From: Ignicoccus pacificus DSM 13166
GTDB taxonomy: Archaea; Thermoproteota; Thermoprotei_A; Sulfolobales; Ignicoccaceae
Length of the DNA: 32,000 nucleotides
Assembly (NCBI GenBank): GCA_025340205.1
Contig: CP006868.1
Coordinates: 210,001 to 242,000 of the forward strand
Direction: 5' to 3'
Position 1 is the stretch's first letter, and every line of letters starts with the position of its first letter. A program made the position numbers and the translations under genes. Below the pieces are notes generated by a model, which ran no database searches, had not been told where the DNA came from, and saw only the letters and a list, made by a program, of their open reading frames with translations. Of the stretch, positions 17,399-25,779 are shown in pieces.

Positions 17399-17530
17399 CT
17401 ATATCGGGGGTAAAGGCAACCCTGCTACCTTGGTGAGGTAATAGTACACCATGTAGCTGAACACTATCACCATTGAGAGGTAATATATCCATATTAGCAC
17501 CGCTTTAAGCCACTCCCAGTTCTCGCTCAT
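17399..17530 (-). CDS. 43-aa small membrane protein
   Basis: MSENWEWLKAVLIWIYYLSMVIVFSYMVYYYLTKVAGLPLPPI*, a single long hydrophobic helix, below the length cut-off of the ORF track. Confidence 0.6.
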   Translation of the reverse strand: MSENWEWLKAVLIWIYYLSMVIVFSYMVYYYLTKVAGLPLPPI

Positions 17531-17548
17531 CGAGCCTTCACCGTAGCC

Positions 17549-18304
17549 TCACTTTCCGGTCTCCTTTATTGTGGTTAGGTGAGCCCACGGAGCGTACGCT
17601 GCTTCAGCCGCCAGCTTACCTCCCACGACTATCATTATTACATCTCCCTTATTGCCCAAAAACCCTCCTCTGTTCCACTCCAAGGTAACAGTGTTTATTC
17701 CAGGGGTTACAGTAGCGGTAACGCTCTTCCACCTCTTGTTAATGACAGTTATAGTCGTACTTACATTGGAGCTTAAGACTACGTACTCCCTCCCCTCGTC
17801 CCTTCCAGGAGGGTTGTAGTTGAAAGTGATTAGATCTATTCCCTTGAAGGTTCCGTTGAAGATGCAAGGAACGCTCCACAGCGAGAACACCCTCCTCACG
17901 TATTCCTTCCCGAATTCCAAGAACCTCCTTTCCGGCGGAGGATAGGGATAAGGTATAGCGAGTCCTTTCTTGATGAGTTCCAAGTTGAGGTCGCTGGTGC
18001 CGTTGTTAACGACTGCTATTATCCTCTTGTATATGCCCTTCCCCAAGGGAGTTATGGTTACAGTGTGGTTTATCGATCTTCTGAGGAAATCCTTAGCTTC
18101 TTCGTAGCACTTCATCCCTCTCTCGGGAGCGTTTACAGCGTAAAGCCTCACCTTGAAGCGTTCCTTGCCCAAGGTAGCCCAGAAGGTATCCCCATCTATT
18201 ATGGTATTTACAATAACAACCAATGTCATTAGTAAGGAGAGGAGCTCTCTCAATTTCCTTACCGAGCGAGGAAAGGCGTGGTCTGTTTTGAAAAAGCCCC
18301 TCAA
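17549..18304 (-). CDS. secreted/membrane-anchored SNase-like nuclease with possible lamin-tail-like C-terminal domain
   Basis: VNTIIDGDTFWATLGKERFKVRLYAVNAPERG...YEEAKDFLRRSI is the thermonuclease fold motif. The C-terminal part is INFNYNPPGRDEGREYVVLSSN...LEWNRGGFLGNKGDVIMIVV. Confidence 0.82.
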   Translation of the reverse strand: MRGFFKTDHAFPRSVRKLRELLSLLMTLVVIVNTIIDGDTFWATLGKERFKVRLYAVNAPERGMKCYEEAKDFLRRSINHTVTITPLGKGIYKRIIAVVNNGTSDLNLELIKKGLAIPYPYPPPERRFLEFGKEYVRRVFSLWSVPCIFNGTFKGIDLITFNYNPPGRDEGREYVVLSSNVSTTITVINKRWKSVTATVTPGINTVTLEWNRGGFLGNKGDVIMIVVGGKLAAEAAYAPWAHLTTIKETGK

Positions 18305-18328
18305 GGACTCGGTGGGGGACAGAGAGAA

Positions 18329-18769
18329 ATGACTTCATGGACGTCCAAATCCGTGCTGGGGCTCTACGAGGGAGACGACTTCTACATCATAATAACGAAT
18401 CCCAACGAGACGGAGGCCAAGATAAGGGTCTCCCTCCAGGAGGATCCCAGCGTTAAGAAGGAGTACAAGTTAAGGTCAAGAGGTTTTATGATCATTGAGC
18501 TCCACAAGGAAAAGGAGTTCGAGGGTAAGAGGGGTATAGTTATCGTCGAGTCTGACGTGGGATTGATTATAGACTGGGGAGCCAGGCTCTGCAAGAAGTG
18601 CAAGAGATCCGCCTTGGAGCTGAGGCTGATAAGCGAGGGCCAGAAGGATGGATACAAAATAATGTATGAGTGGATATGCAAGAAGTGTGGTTACAAGGAG
18701 TTCGAGGGTACCTTGACGGCGGTGAGGAAGGATGGCGGATTGGAGCTTGCCTTCCAGCCTGCCCAGTGA
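18329..18769 (+). CDS. zinc-ribbon hypothetical protein
   Basis: CKKCKRSALELRL...YEWICKKCGYKEFEGT. The track ORF begins at 18278; ATG at 18329 is a likelier start. Confidence 0.7.
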   Translation: MTSWTSKSVLGLYEGDDFYIIITNPNETEAKIRVSLQEDPSVKKEYKLRSRGFMIIELHKEKEFEGKRGIVIVESDVGLIIDWGARLCKKCKRSALELRLISEGQKDGYKIMYEWICKKCGYKEFEGTLTAVRKDGGLELAFQPAQ

Positions 18770-20084
18770 AGGGGAGAGCCTAGAGGCGGCTAGAAGGGTA
18801 GTTGAGGAGGGTTGGAAGAGAGGGGTAAAAGCGGAGGTACTGATATTTTCCTTTGCCTCGACGAGGATCCTCGGTAGTAAGGAAGAGATTAAGATAGCCT
18901 CCGGCGAGAAGTGGGTCGGAGCGGTAAGGGTTAACGGCAGCGGGATAGCCTATTCCACCAATCCTCAAGGCCTTTTCAAAGCTCTCGAGGAGGCGATAAA
19001 GGCCTCTAAAATGCTCGGGGAAATACCATTAGCTCCCTTGGATCCCTTGGTAGACAGAGTGACTCAGAGGCTAGAGGTCCCTCCTTGGGACGTTCCTTTG
19101 GAGCAGAAGGTGAAGGATGTTAGGGACTCCTTGAAGGATGTTGAGGGTTCCATAACCTTAAACTACAGAGAAAGCTATGGCTACAAGCTCTACCTCTCCT
19201 ACGAGGGTAGGGAGATACTTCAGAGACTTTCCTATACCTTACACGCCGCCTCGGTTACCCTGAGCGAGGGAGGTAACAGGGGAAACGGCTATTGGAGCGA
19301 CGCCTCTAGAAGAGGCTATACCACCGATCCATTCAAGGTGGTTCAGAAGGCTTACTCCAAGGCTAAGAATCAACTTAGGGGGAAGAGCGTCGAGCCCGGT
19401 ACGTGGGACGTGGTCCTCATGCCTCCGGCTATAGGGGTAATGGTTCACGAGGCCTTGGGTCATATGTCTGAAGCGGACCACGTGAAAGCCGGCTCCCCCC
19501 TCAAGTTGGGGGAGAAGGTGGCCTCCGACGTGGTCAGCGTTAGCGACTCCCCCGGAAGCGGTGAGGAATGGGGATCCATATTCTACGATGATGAGGGGGT
19601 GAAGCCGAAGAAGGTGGAGATACTAAAGGAGGGGGTGGTGAGCGGCTTCTTAACAGATAGACAGCACGCTAAAGAGCTAAACCTTCCTCTGACTGGGAAC
19701 GGAAGGGTGGAGGAGCCGGGATTGAGGATATTGCCAAGGATGAGGGTTACCTACTTGGAGCCGGGAGATTGGGACGAGGAGGAGTTGATAAGGGAAATGA
19801 AGAGGGGTCTGCTAATCTACGATACCTCGGGAGGTAATGCTGAGAACGATGGAACGTTCTTCTTCATGAGTCAAGAGGCTTGGTATGTGGAGAACGGGGA
19901 GAAGGTGTTCCCTCTAAGGCCCATGGGAATGAGCGGCAACGTCTTGGAGATGTTGAAGTTCGTGAGAGGAGTGGGAAAGAGGTTGGAGTTCAGGCCCGGA
20001 ACTTGTGGAAAGTGGGGGCAGAGCGTCCCGGTGAGCGTCGGAGGAGGGGCGGCCTTAACGAAGATAAGAGTCTCTCCCGTCTAA
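18732..20084 (+). CDS. tldD: TldD/PmbA family metallopeptidase
   Basis: VMVHEALGHMSEADHVKAG (HExxxH), EEWGSIFYDDEGVKP, TDRQHAKELNLPLTGNGRVEEP, PRMRVTYLEPGD. Confidence 0.93.
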   Translation: MADWSLPSSLPSEGESLEAARRVVEEGWKRGVKAEVLIFSFASTRILGSKEEIKIASGEKWVGAVRVNGSGIAYSTNPQGLFKALEEAIKASKMLGEIPLAPLDPLVDRVTQRLEVPPWDVPLEQKVKDVRDSLKDVEGSITLNYRESYGYKLYLSYEGREILQRLSYTLHAASVTLSEGGNRGNGYWSDASRRGYTTDPFKVVQKAYSKAKNQLRGKSVEPGTWDVVLMPPAIGVMVHEALGHMSEADHVKAGSPLKLGEKVASDVVSVSDSPGSGEEWGSIFYDDEGVKPKKVEILKEGVVSGFLTDRQHAKELNLPLTGNGRVEEPGLRILPRMRVTYLEPGDWDEEELIREMKRGLLIYDTSGGNAENDGTFFFMSQEAWYVENGEKVFPLRPMGMSGNVLEMLKFVRGVGKRLEFRPGTCGKWGQSVPVSVGGGAALTKIRVSPV

Positions 20085-20130
20085 TTCCATTTATTCAAGT
20101 CCTTAGATCTTCCTTAAAGGGTACAGGGAC

Positions 20131-21096
20131 TTGCTTCTTCAAGTAAGTAGGAGCGGCGAGAGGGAGGTAATAGAGATAATCGCCAAGCTTGCGAAGGACA
20201 AGGAAACCATTTGCGTAGTCGGCCCCTCCTCCTCTGGTAAGAGTTACTACGCGTCAAAGCTGGCCGAAGCTCTCGGAGGTACCGTAATAAGCACCGACGA
20301 TTTCTACAGAGCCGACTCGTGGAAGATTTCTGCTATACTCTCCACCTTCGACCATCCCTATCTCATAGATTGGGATCTCCTCATGAGTACCATCTACGAA
20401 GCTCGCGAGAAGGAGTACATTGAGGTCCCGATATATGATATGAGGGTCTCGGCTAGAACGGGTTACAAGAGGATCAAGGTGTCCAAACCCTTAATCATCG
20501 AGGGAATATTTGCTTCATACGGTCCTTTAAGGGAGCTCTGTGAGTTCAGGGTAGCCTTCGAAAGTCCCCTACATTTACTCTTAGCTAGAAGAATGCTTAG
20601 GGATACCAAGAGGGCTATGGAGGCCCCCTCGAGGGTCCTGGATAGAGTGGTAAGGACAGTATTCCCAATGGCGAAGTTATTTGTTGAGCCTCAAATAAAT
20701 AGTGCTGACGTTAAGGTATACAACGACTGGAGACCGGACCTTCCGGAGAAGTTGGGTAAGTGTGAGAAGGGCGAAGGAGAGGGAAACGTGGAGGGCGAGA
20801 GGAGAGTAATTAAGCTCTCGTATGAGGGCGATTCCGTTTACATTATTGAAAATTTCATAGATGATAGCGTGGAGCACTACGTCTTGGTCAGCTGGGGTGG
20901 GAAGTTTATAGGGGCAAGGGTTCACCCAGAAACAGCTTACGCCACTCTCTCCGCCCTCTCAGCACATAGGTATTCCCTAGAGTCCTACCTTCAGAAGGGG
21001 AAATGGAAGGGAGAAATCATAATAGGCAACTTAGTGAACGAGAAGACGTGGGAGGAGCTGGGTAAGAGGGTTTGCTGCAAGCTCTGCGTACCCTAA
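20131..21096 (+). CDS. P-loop uridine kinase-like protein with extra C-terminal domain
   Basis: VVGPSSSGKSYYASKLAEALGG, STDDFYR, DHPYLIDWDLL, KPLIIEGIFA. The C-terminal ~110 aa are unassigned. Confidence 0.82.
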   Translation: MLLQVSRSGEREVIEIIAKLAKDKETICVVGPSSSGKSYYASKLAEALGGTVISTDDFYRADSWKISAILSTFDHPYLIDWDLLMSTIYEAREKEYIEVPIYDMRVSARTGYKRIKVSKPLIIEGIFASYGPLRELCEFRVAFESPLHLLLARRMLRDTKRAMEAPSRVLDRVVRTVFPMAKLFVEPQINSADVKVYNDWRPDLPEKLGKCEKGEGEGNVEGERRVIKLSYEGDSVYIIENFIDDSVEHYVLVSWGGKFIGARVHPETAYATLSALSAHRYSLESYLQKGKWKGEIIIGNLVNEKTWEELGKRVCCKLCVP

Positions 21097-21137
21097 GCAT
21101 TTTAACTACCCTAACTGGTCGACTAGGTTAAAACGCT

Positions 21138-22589
21138 ATGGACATAGCTCCTATGATAGCAGAAGTTGGCTTAACTCTGTTCTTGGCCAAGTTAGCTGAG
21201 GAGCTGGTCCTCCGCTTCGGCCTCCCGGGCCTCCTGGGTCCCCTGACCGTAGGCATATTGCTCTCCGAGACCCCTCTGAGGGCCGAGTACTCCTTCTCTC
21301 CCTTCCTGTTCTTGGTAGGCATAAGCTTCACCGCCTTCTTGTTGGGATCCGGCGAGCTGGCTTTCCAGCTTATGGAAGCAGGAAGGAGGGCCTTCCTCAA
21401 AGGAATATTCCTCTTTCTTATTTCATTCATACCCATAGCATCGGTACTCTGTTTGGTTCTCGGATGGAGACTCGGCTTACTCTTGGCTGCGGCAATAGCC
21501 ATGACGAGTACCCCAAGGATTTACGGCATGCTCTCCCACTCCGGCCTCCTCCATCAAGCCCAAGACGTTCTCGTGGTAAGCAGCGTTACAGAGCTGGCCG
21601 GGTTGATAGTGATTCAGTACCTAACTACTATGAACTTCATGTCATTAATAACAATATTGTTGATAATAATTTTCTTTATAAAGCTAGGAAAGAGGATGTT
21701 TAGGAAGATAATGCAGATAGAGGAAGATTACTCAGCTAAGGAACTACCGCTCTCAATGCTCATAGCGATAACCATATCAGTTAGCTACTTATCAGAGCTC
21801 TTAGGCTTCAACAACGCCGTCATGTCGCTCTTGTTAGGAGTCTTAGCGGCGGAGTACTTGGCCGAGAGACCTTGGATCAAGAAGAGGTACGCAATAATAA
21901 CTCACTCCTTCTTTGAGCCGCTGTTCTTCGTCGGAGCTGGAATAAACGTCAACTTCAATGTAAACAGTCACATACTTGCTATAATAATAGCAATGAACTT
22001 GTTCAACGCCTTGCTAAAGGTAATAGGTGGAAAGGTATTGGGTTGGAGCTTCGACATTTCCTTGGCAACTGCCGTAAAAGGAGGAATAGACAGCGCGTTA
22101 CTCGCTTCAGCCTGGAGGAGAGGAGTCCTACCTCAAGACGTGTTCTCAGCAGCTATACTGGGAATTACGTTAAACACCTTCATATTTGCATTCAAATACA
22201 GAGGTAAGCCTAAGAGGGGATACATCAGGGTGTGCGAGCTACCCTTGGATAGGGCAGCTGTGGATCCGAGTGAACCCTTAAGCACTGCATACGAGATGTT
22301 GAAGACTAGACAAGCGGTGGTAGTAGTGGACGTGGACAACTGGCCTATAGGCTACTTGACGGCGGCCGACCTCCTCAAGGTGCCTTTCGACGAGCTGGAC
22401 AAATGGAGGGTGATAGAGGTCTATAGGGAAGGAGTTCCAGTGCTCCACTGCACGGAGCCAGTGAACAGGGTAATTACCCTCTTTGAAGAGGAGGAAGTCG
22501 GGCCGGTAATAGCGGTCGTCAAGGAACCCATAGGCTACGTCGGCTCCCTTTACCCAACCCAAGCCCTCAAGCTCGTGGAAAAGATGTAA
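21138..22589 (+). CDS. cation:proton antiporter-like membrane protein with C-terminal CBS domains
   Basis: Multi-TM N-terminal domain (AEELVLRFGLPGLLGPLTVGILLSE) followed by a tandem CBS-like region (VVVDVDNWPIGYLTAADLLKVP). Confidence 0.82.
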   Translation: MDIAPMIAEVGLTLFLAKLAEELVLRFGLPGLLGPLTVGILLSETPLRAEYSFSPFLFLVGISFTAFLLGSGELAFQLMEAGRRAFLKGIFLFLISFIPIASVLCLVLGWRLGLLLAAAIAMTSTPRIYGMLSHSGLLHQAQDVLVVSSVTELAGLIVIQYLTTMNFMSLITILLIIIFFIKLGKRMFRKIMQIEEDYSAKELPLSMLIAITISVSYLSELLGFNNAVMSLLLGVLAAEYLAERPWIKKRYAIITHSFFEPLFFVGAGINVNFNVNSHILAIIIAMNLFNALLKVIGGKVLGWSFDISLATAVKGGIDSALLASAWRRGVLPQDVFSAAILGITLNTFIFAFKYRGKPKRGYIRVCELPLDRAAVDPSEPLSTAYEMLKTRQAVVVVDVDNWPIGYLTAADLLKVPFDELDKWRVIEVYREGVPVLHCTEPVNRVITLFEEEEVGPVIAVVKEPIGYVGSLYPTQALKLVEKM

Positions 22590-22634
22590 TATTCAAGTTT
22601 ATTAATCCTCTGCTCAAGTGAGCTCATGGCCCGT

Positions 22635-22722
22635 GCGGGGGTGCCCGAGCCTGGTCAAAGGGGTCGGGCTTAGGACCCGATGGCGTAGGCCTGCGTGGGT
22701 TCAAATCCCACCCCCCGCACCA
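22635..22722 (+). tRNA. tRNA-Leu (anticodon TAG), CCA encoded
   Basis: GCGGGGGTGCCCGAGCCTGGTCAAAGGGGTCGGGCTTAGGACCCGATGGCGTAGGCCTGCGTGGGTTCAAATCCCACCCCCCGCACCA. Acceptor, anticodon, variable and T arms pair. Confidence 0.96.
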
Positions 22723-22795
22723 ACCCTAAATCGTAAAGCTCAAGCTCCTTGACATCTCACGATCGCTTTTATGGTGCACCCCCTTCCCACACCCG

Positions 22796-24079
22796 GTGGT
22801 CATGTCCTTGGAGAGCCCGACTCAGATCGTGAGCGTCAAGGGAAGGTGGATCCTAGATTCTAGAGGAAATCCCACCGTTGAGGTGGACGTGGTAACGGCA
22901 TGTGGAGCCCTCGGGAGAGCTGCCGCTCCTTCCGGAGCCTCTAAGGGCTCTAGGGAAGCTCTGGAGCTTAGGGATGGTGAAAAGGCCTTCCACGGGAAGG
23001 GGGTAAGCAAGGCCGTAAAGAACGTAAACGAAGAGATAGCTAACGCCTTGAAGGGCTTGGATGCTCTCGATCAGAGGAAAGTCGATCTGACCATGATAGA
23101 GCTAGACGGTACTAGCAACAAGTCTAGACTGGGAGCTAACGCTATAGTGGCCACCAGCATGGCTGTAGCAAAGGCGGCCGCCAACTCCTTAGGTCTTCCC
23201 CTCTACAGATACCTAGGAGGTCCCTTAGCAGATGAGCTCCCGACCCCTCTCCTCAACGTGATAAACGGAGGAGAACACGCTGGAAACGACTTAGCCATCC
23301 AAGAGTTCATGATAGTTCCTTGGGACTTCTCTTCCTTCTCTGAGGCCTTACAAGCAGCCTCGGAGATCTACCATACCTTGAAGGGATACCTAAAGGAGAG
23401 GTATGGAAAGAGCGCGATTAACGTGGGGGACGAGGGAGGCTTCGCCCCTCCTATGAAGGAGACGAGGGAAGCCTTGGACGCCTTGGTGGAGGCGATAAAG
23501 GAGTCTGGCTATGAAGGCAGAGTCGCCCTAGCCCTCGACGCGGCCGCCACGCACTTCTACGACCCTAACAAGGACGTTTACGTAATTGATGGACAAGAGC
23601 TTGATAGAGAGGGACTCTTGGAGTTCTACGAGAAGCTCATACAAGAGTATCCCATAGTGAGCATCGAAGATCCTCTACAAGAAAACGACTGGGAAGGTTT
23701 CAAGGAAGCCGTCAAGAGGCTGAAGGTAAGGATAGTTGGAGACGACTTGCTGGTAACTCACCCCGACCTCGTAGCCAAGGCGATAAAGGAGGGGGCGGCT
23801 AACGCTGTGTTAGTTAAGGTAAACCAAGTGGGAACGGTTAGCGAGGCTTGGGACGTAGTGGACATGGCCCATCGCTCCAAGTGGGCTGCTATAGTAAGCC
23901 ACAGATCGGGAGAAACGGAGGACACCTTCATAGCAGACTTCGCGGTAGGAGTGGGAGCCAAGGCCATCAAGACCGGAGCTCCGGCGAGGGGGGAGAGGAC
24001 CGCTAAGTATAACAGGCTCTTGAGGATAGAGGAAGAGCTCAGCACTCCTAGGTTTGCCAGAAACAAGTACTTCCTCTAA
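22796..24079 (+). CDS. eno: enolase
   Basis: GRWILDSRGNPTVEVDV, GASKGSREALELRD, NVGDEGGFAPP, SIEDPLQENDWEGF, VGDDLLVT, VKVNQVGTVSEA, SHRSGETEDTFIADFAVG. Confidence 0.98.
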   Translation: MVMSLESPTQIVSVKGRWILDSRGNPTVEVDVVTACGALGRAAAPSGASKGSREALELRDGEKAFHGKGVSKAVKNVNEEIANALKGLDALDQRKVDLTMIELDGTSNKSRLGANAIVATSMAVAKAAANSLGLPLYRYLGGPLADELPTPLLNVINGGEHAGNDLAIQEFMIVPWDFSSFSEALQAASEIYHTLKGYLKERYGKSAINVGDEGGFAPPMKETREALDALVEAIKESGYEGRVALALDAAATHFYDPNKDVYVIDGQELDREGLLEFYEKLIQEYPIVSIEDPLQENDWEGFKEAVKRLKVRIVGDDLLVTHPDLVAKAIKEGAANAVLVKVNQVGTVSEAWDVVDMAHRSKWAAIVSHRSGETEDTFIADFAVGVGAKAIKTGAPARGERTAKYNRLLRIEEELSTPRFARNKYFL

Positions 24080-24657
24080 AACAACTTCCCTTGTTTGTAA
24101 ATCATGTTATAAGCCTTCTTTATGTCCATAAAGAATTCCTCTTTTAAGGACCTCCTCCTGAGGACCGCGGCTGGATGATAGGTTACCAAGACTTTAGCGC
24201 TAATTCCTCCCAACTTCGCTTTATAGACCTTCCCCCTCGCCTCCTTTAAAGGAACATCGAACCCGAGTATTCCCTTCATCGCAGTCTTTCCTAGCGCTAC
24301 AAGCAACTCTGGCTTCAAGCACTTAACTTCATCAATTAAGAACCTCTTACATATCTCAATTTCCGTTGACTTGGGAGTTCTATTATTTGGAGGCCTGCAC
24401 TTCACCACATTAGTTATATGATATTCCTTGAAACCGGCTTCCTCCATTGCTTCTCTTAACAGCTTACCGGCCCTTCCCACGAAGGGCCTTCCTTGTAAGT
24501 CCTCCTCTCTACCGGGAGCCTCTCCTACGAAGAAGACCTTTGGCGATCCAACGGTTTCAGGGGGAACTGGCTGTGTTCTAGTCTTGCAAAGGTCGCAAGA
24601 GCAGCAAGATCTTATCGCTTCCCTTATTCCTTCCAAACAGTCCAAAGAAAGGGTCAC
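24076..24657 (-). CDS. udg: uracil-DNA glycosylase, Fe-S family (archaeal type)
   Basis: CDLCKTRTQ, VFFVGEAPGREEDLQGRPFVGRAGKLL, NVVKCRPPNNRTPK, LVTYHPAAVLRR. Confidence 0.93.
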   Translation of the reverse strand: MTLSLDCLEGIREAIRSCCSCDLCKTRTQPVPPETVGSPKVFFVGEAPGREEDLQGRPFVGRAGKLLREAMEEAGFKEYHITNVVKCRPPNNRTPKSTEIEICKRFLIDEVKCLKPELLVALGKTAMKGILGFDVPLKEARGKVYKAKLGGISAKVLVTYHPAAVLRRRSLKEEFFMDIKKAYNMIYKQGKLF

Positions 24658-24663
24658 CGGAGG

Positions 24664-25581
24664 TTAGGGGGTAACCTCTACCATAAACTCTAAGTCTTCC
24701 GGTAAGATACCTATTCCTTCCTCCACTGGTAAGCTCTTTGCTTCTCTTCTGCCTCTCTTTGTCGTAAAGTGATAGGCCCTTACCTCTGCTGCTGACAGTT
24801 CTTCCTTTTCAACGAGTCCACTTATCGCATATAGAGGAGCAGAGCGGTAACTGACCAGTATTATATGAGCTCCCTTGTCTATTACTTTCCTTATTAAACT
24901 TTGGACGTACTCCTTTGCTTTCTTTACGGGTTTGAAGACGCCAGGATCTTCGATATACAGTAAGTCATCTTTCTCGAGATCGTTTACCACCTTACTTAAG
25001 AGCTTCTCATCAATGGGTGAGTTCCTAATGGTTCTCGGATCCTCAATCAAATTGCTGAGTTTTTCGAGCTTGTTCAAGAGCAATTCGAAACATTCTTCTT
25101 GAGTTTCAGCGATGTGATAAGGCGGGACTATGCTGTTAAGGAAGAATCTGACAGGGGCCCAGGTGTACTCTATCAAACTTTCCATGGCTATTAGGGAGGA
25201 AGGAGATCGAACCCTGAGCAGATTAAGTAGGGTCTTTAGTATTCCTACTCTCTCTGAAGGCAAGAAAGCTGTTCGAAGCCAGATGGGTTTACCCACAATA
25301 AAGCTCATTTTCTGGTCGTCAAGTTCGAGTGAGATATCATTGAGTAAAATGGAGGAATTGTTGTCCATGATCGAATACGGTTTTGTTCCAAAGAGCCTCA
25401 AGAAGGCTAGGTATGGATCTTTTATCTGAGATGCCAAGTTGAGGGCCACGATGCTTCTGCCAACTTCGAATACGCCGGAGTCATCACTTCCTATGAATAA
25501 GTTCACTTTGGAGAGCTCTATCTCTAACTCCTCAAACGCCAAAGCTCCCTTGATCCTGAATACGTTCAAGGACTCTCCCAC
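24664..25581 (-). CDS. AAA/ABC-ATPase-like protein with degenerate P-loop
   Basis: The N-terminal architecture resembles OLD/SMC-like ATPases (ALAFEELEIELSKVNLFIGSDDSGVFEVGRSIVALN) but lacks the GK[ST] of Walker A. DKGAHIILVSYRSAPLYAI occupies the region of a typical switch segment. Confidence 0.5.
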   Translation of the reverse strand: MGESLNVFRIKGALAFEELEIELSKVNLFIGSDDSGVFEVGRSIVALNLASQIKDPYLAFLRLFGTKPYSIMDNNSSILLNDISLELDDQKMSFIVGKPIWLRTAFLPSERVGILKTLLNLLRVRSPSSLIAMESLIEYTWAPVRFFLNSIVPPYHIAETQEECFELLLNKLEKLSNLIEDPRTIRNSPIDEKLLSKVVNDLEKDDLLYIEDPGVFKPVKKAKEYVQSLIRKVIDKGAHIILVSYRSAPLYAISGLVEKEELSAAEVRAYHFTTKRGRREAKSLPVEEGIGILPEDLEFMVEVTP

Positions 25582-25618
25582 AGAAGGTGGGAGAGGGGTG
25601 GTTAAAGGTTAGCGTAGA

Positions 25619-25747
25619 GGCCCGGTCCCAGCACGGGGCGGCTGCGGCGCCTCTCGGACGCCACGGCCAGACCCCGCGCGACCGGCTTAACTACCGGGTT
25701 CGAGATGGGTCCGGGTGTTGCCCGGTCGCTATGGCCGGGCCGGGCCA
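25619..25747 (-). rRNA. 5S ribosomal RNA
   Basis: Minus strand begins TGGCCCGGCCCGGCCATAGCGACCGGGCAACACCCGGACCCATCTCGAACCCGGTAGTTAAGCC, the conserved 5S core. Its ends pair (GGCCCGG/CCGGGCC). A TATA-like TTTAAAAA lies upstream. Confidence 0.95.
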
Positions 25748-25779
25748 TGTGAGGGCTGGGAGGAGGGATTTTTAAATAT

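Noticed and set aside
22133-25429. Numerous antisense ORFs over the antiporter, eno, udg and ATPase-like genes
   Set aside because: Shadow ORFs created by codon bias on the opposite strand; the sense frames carry recognisable domains.
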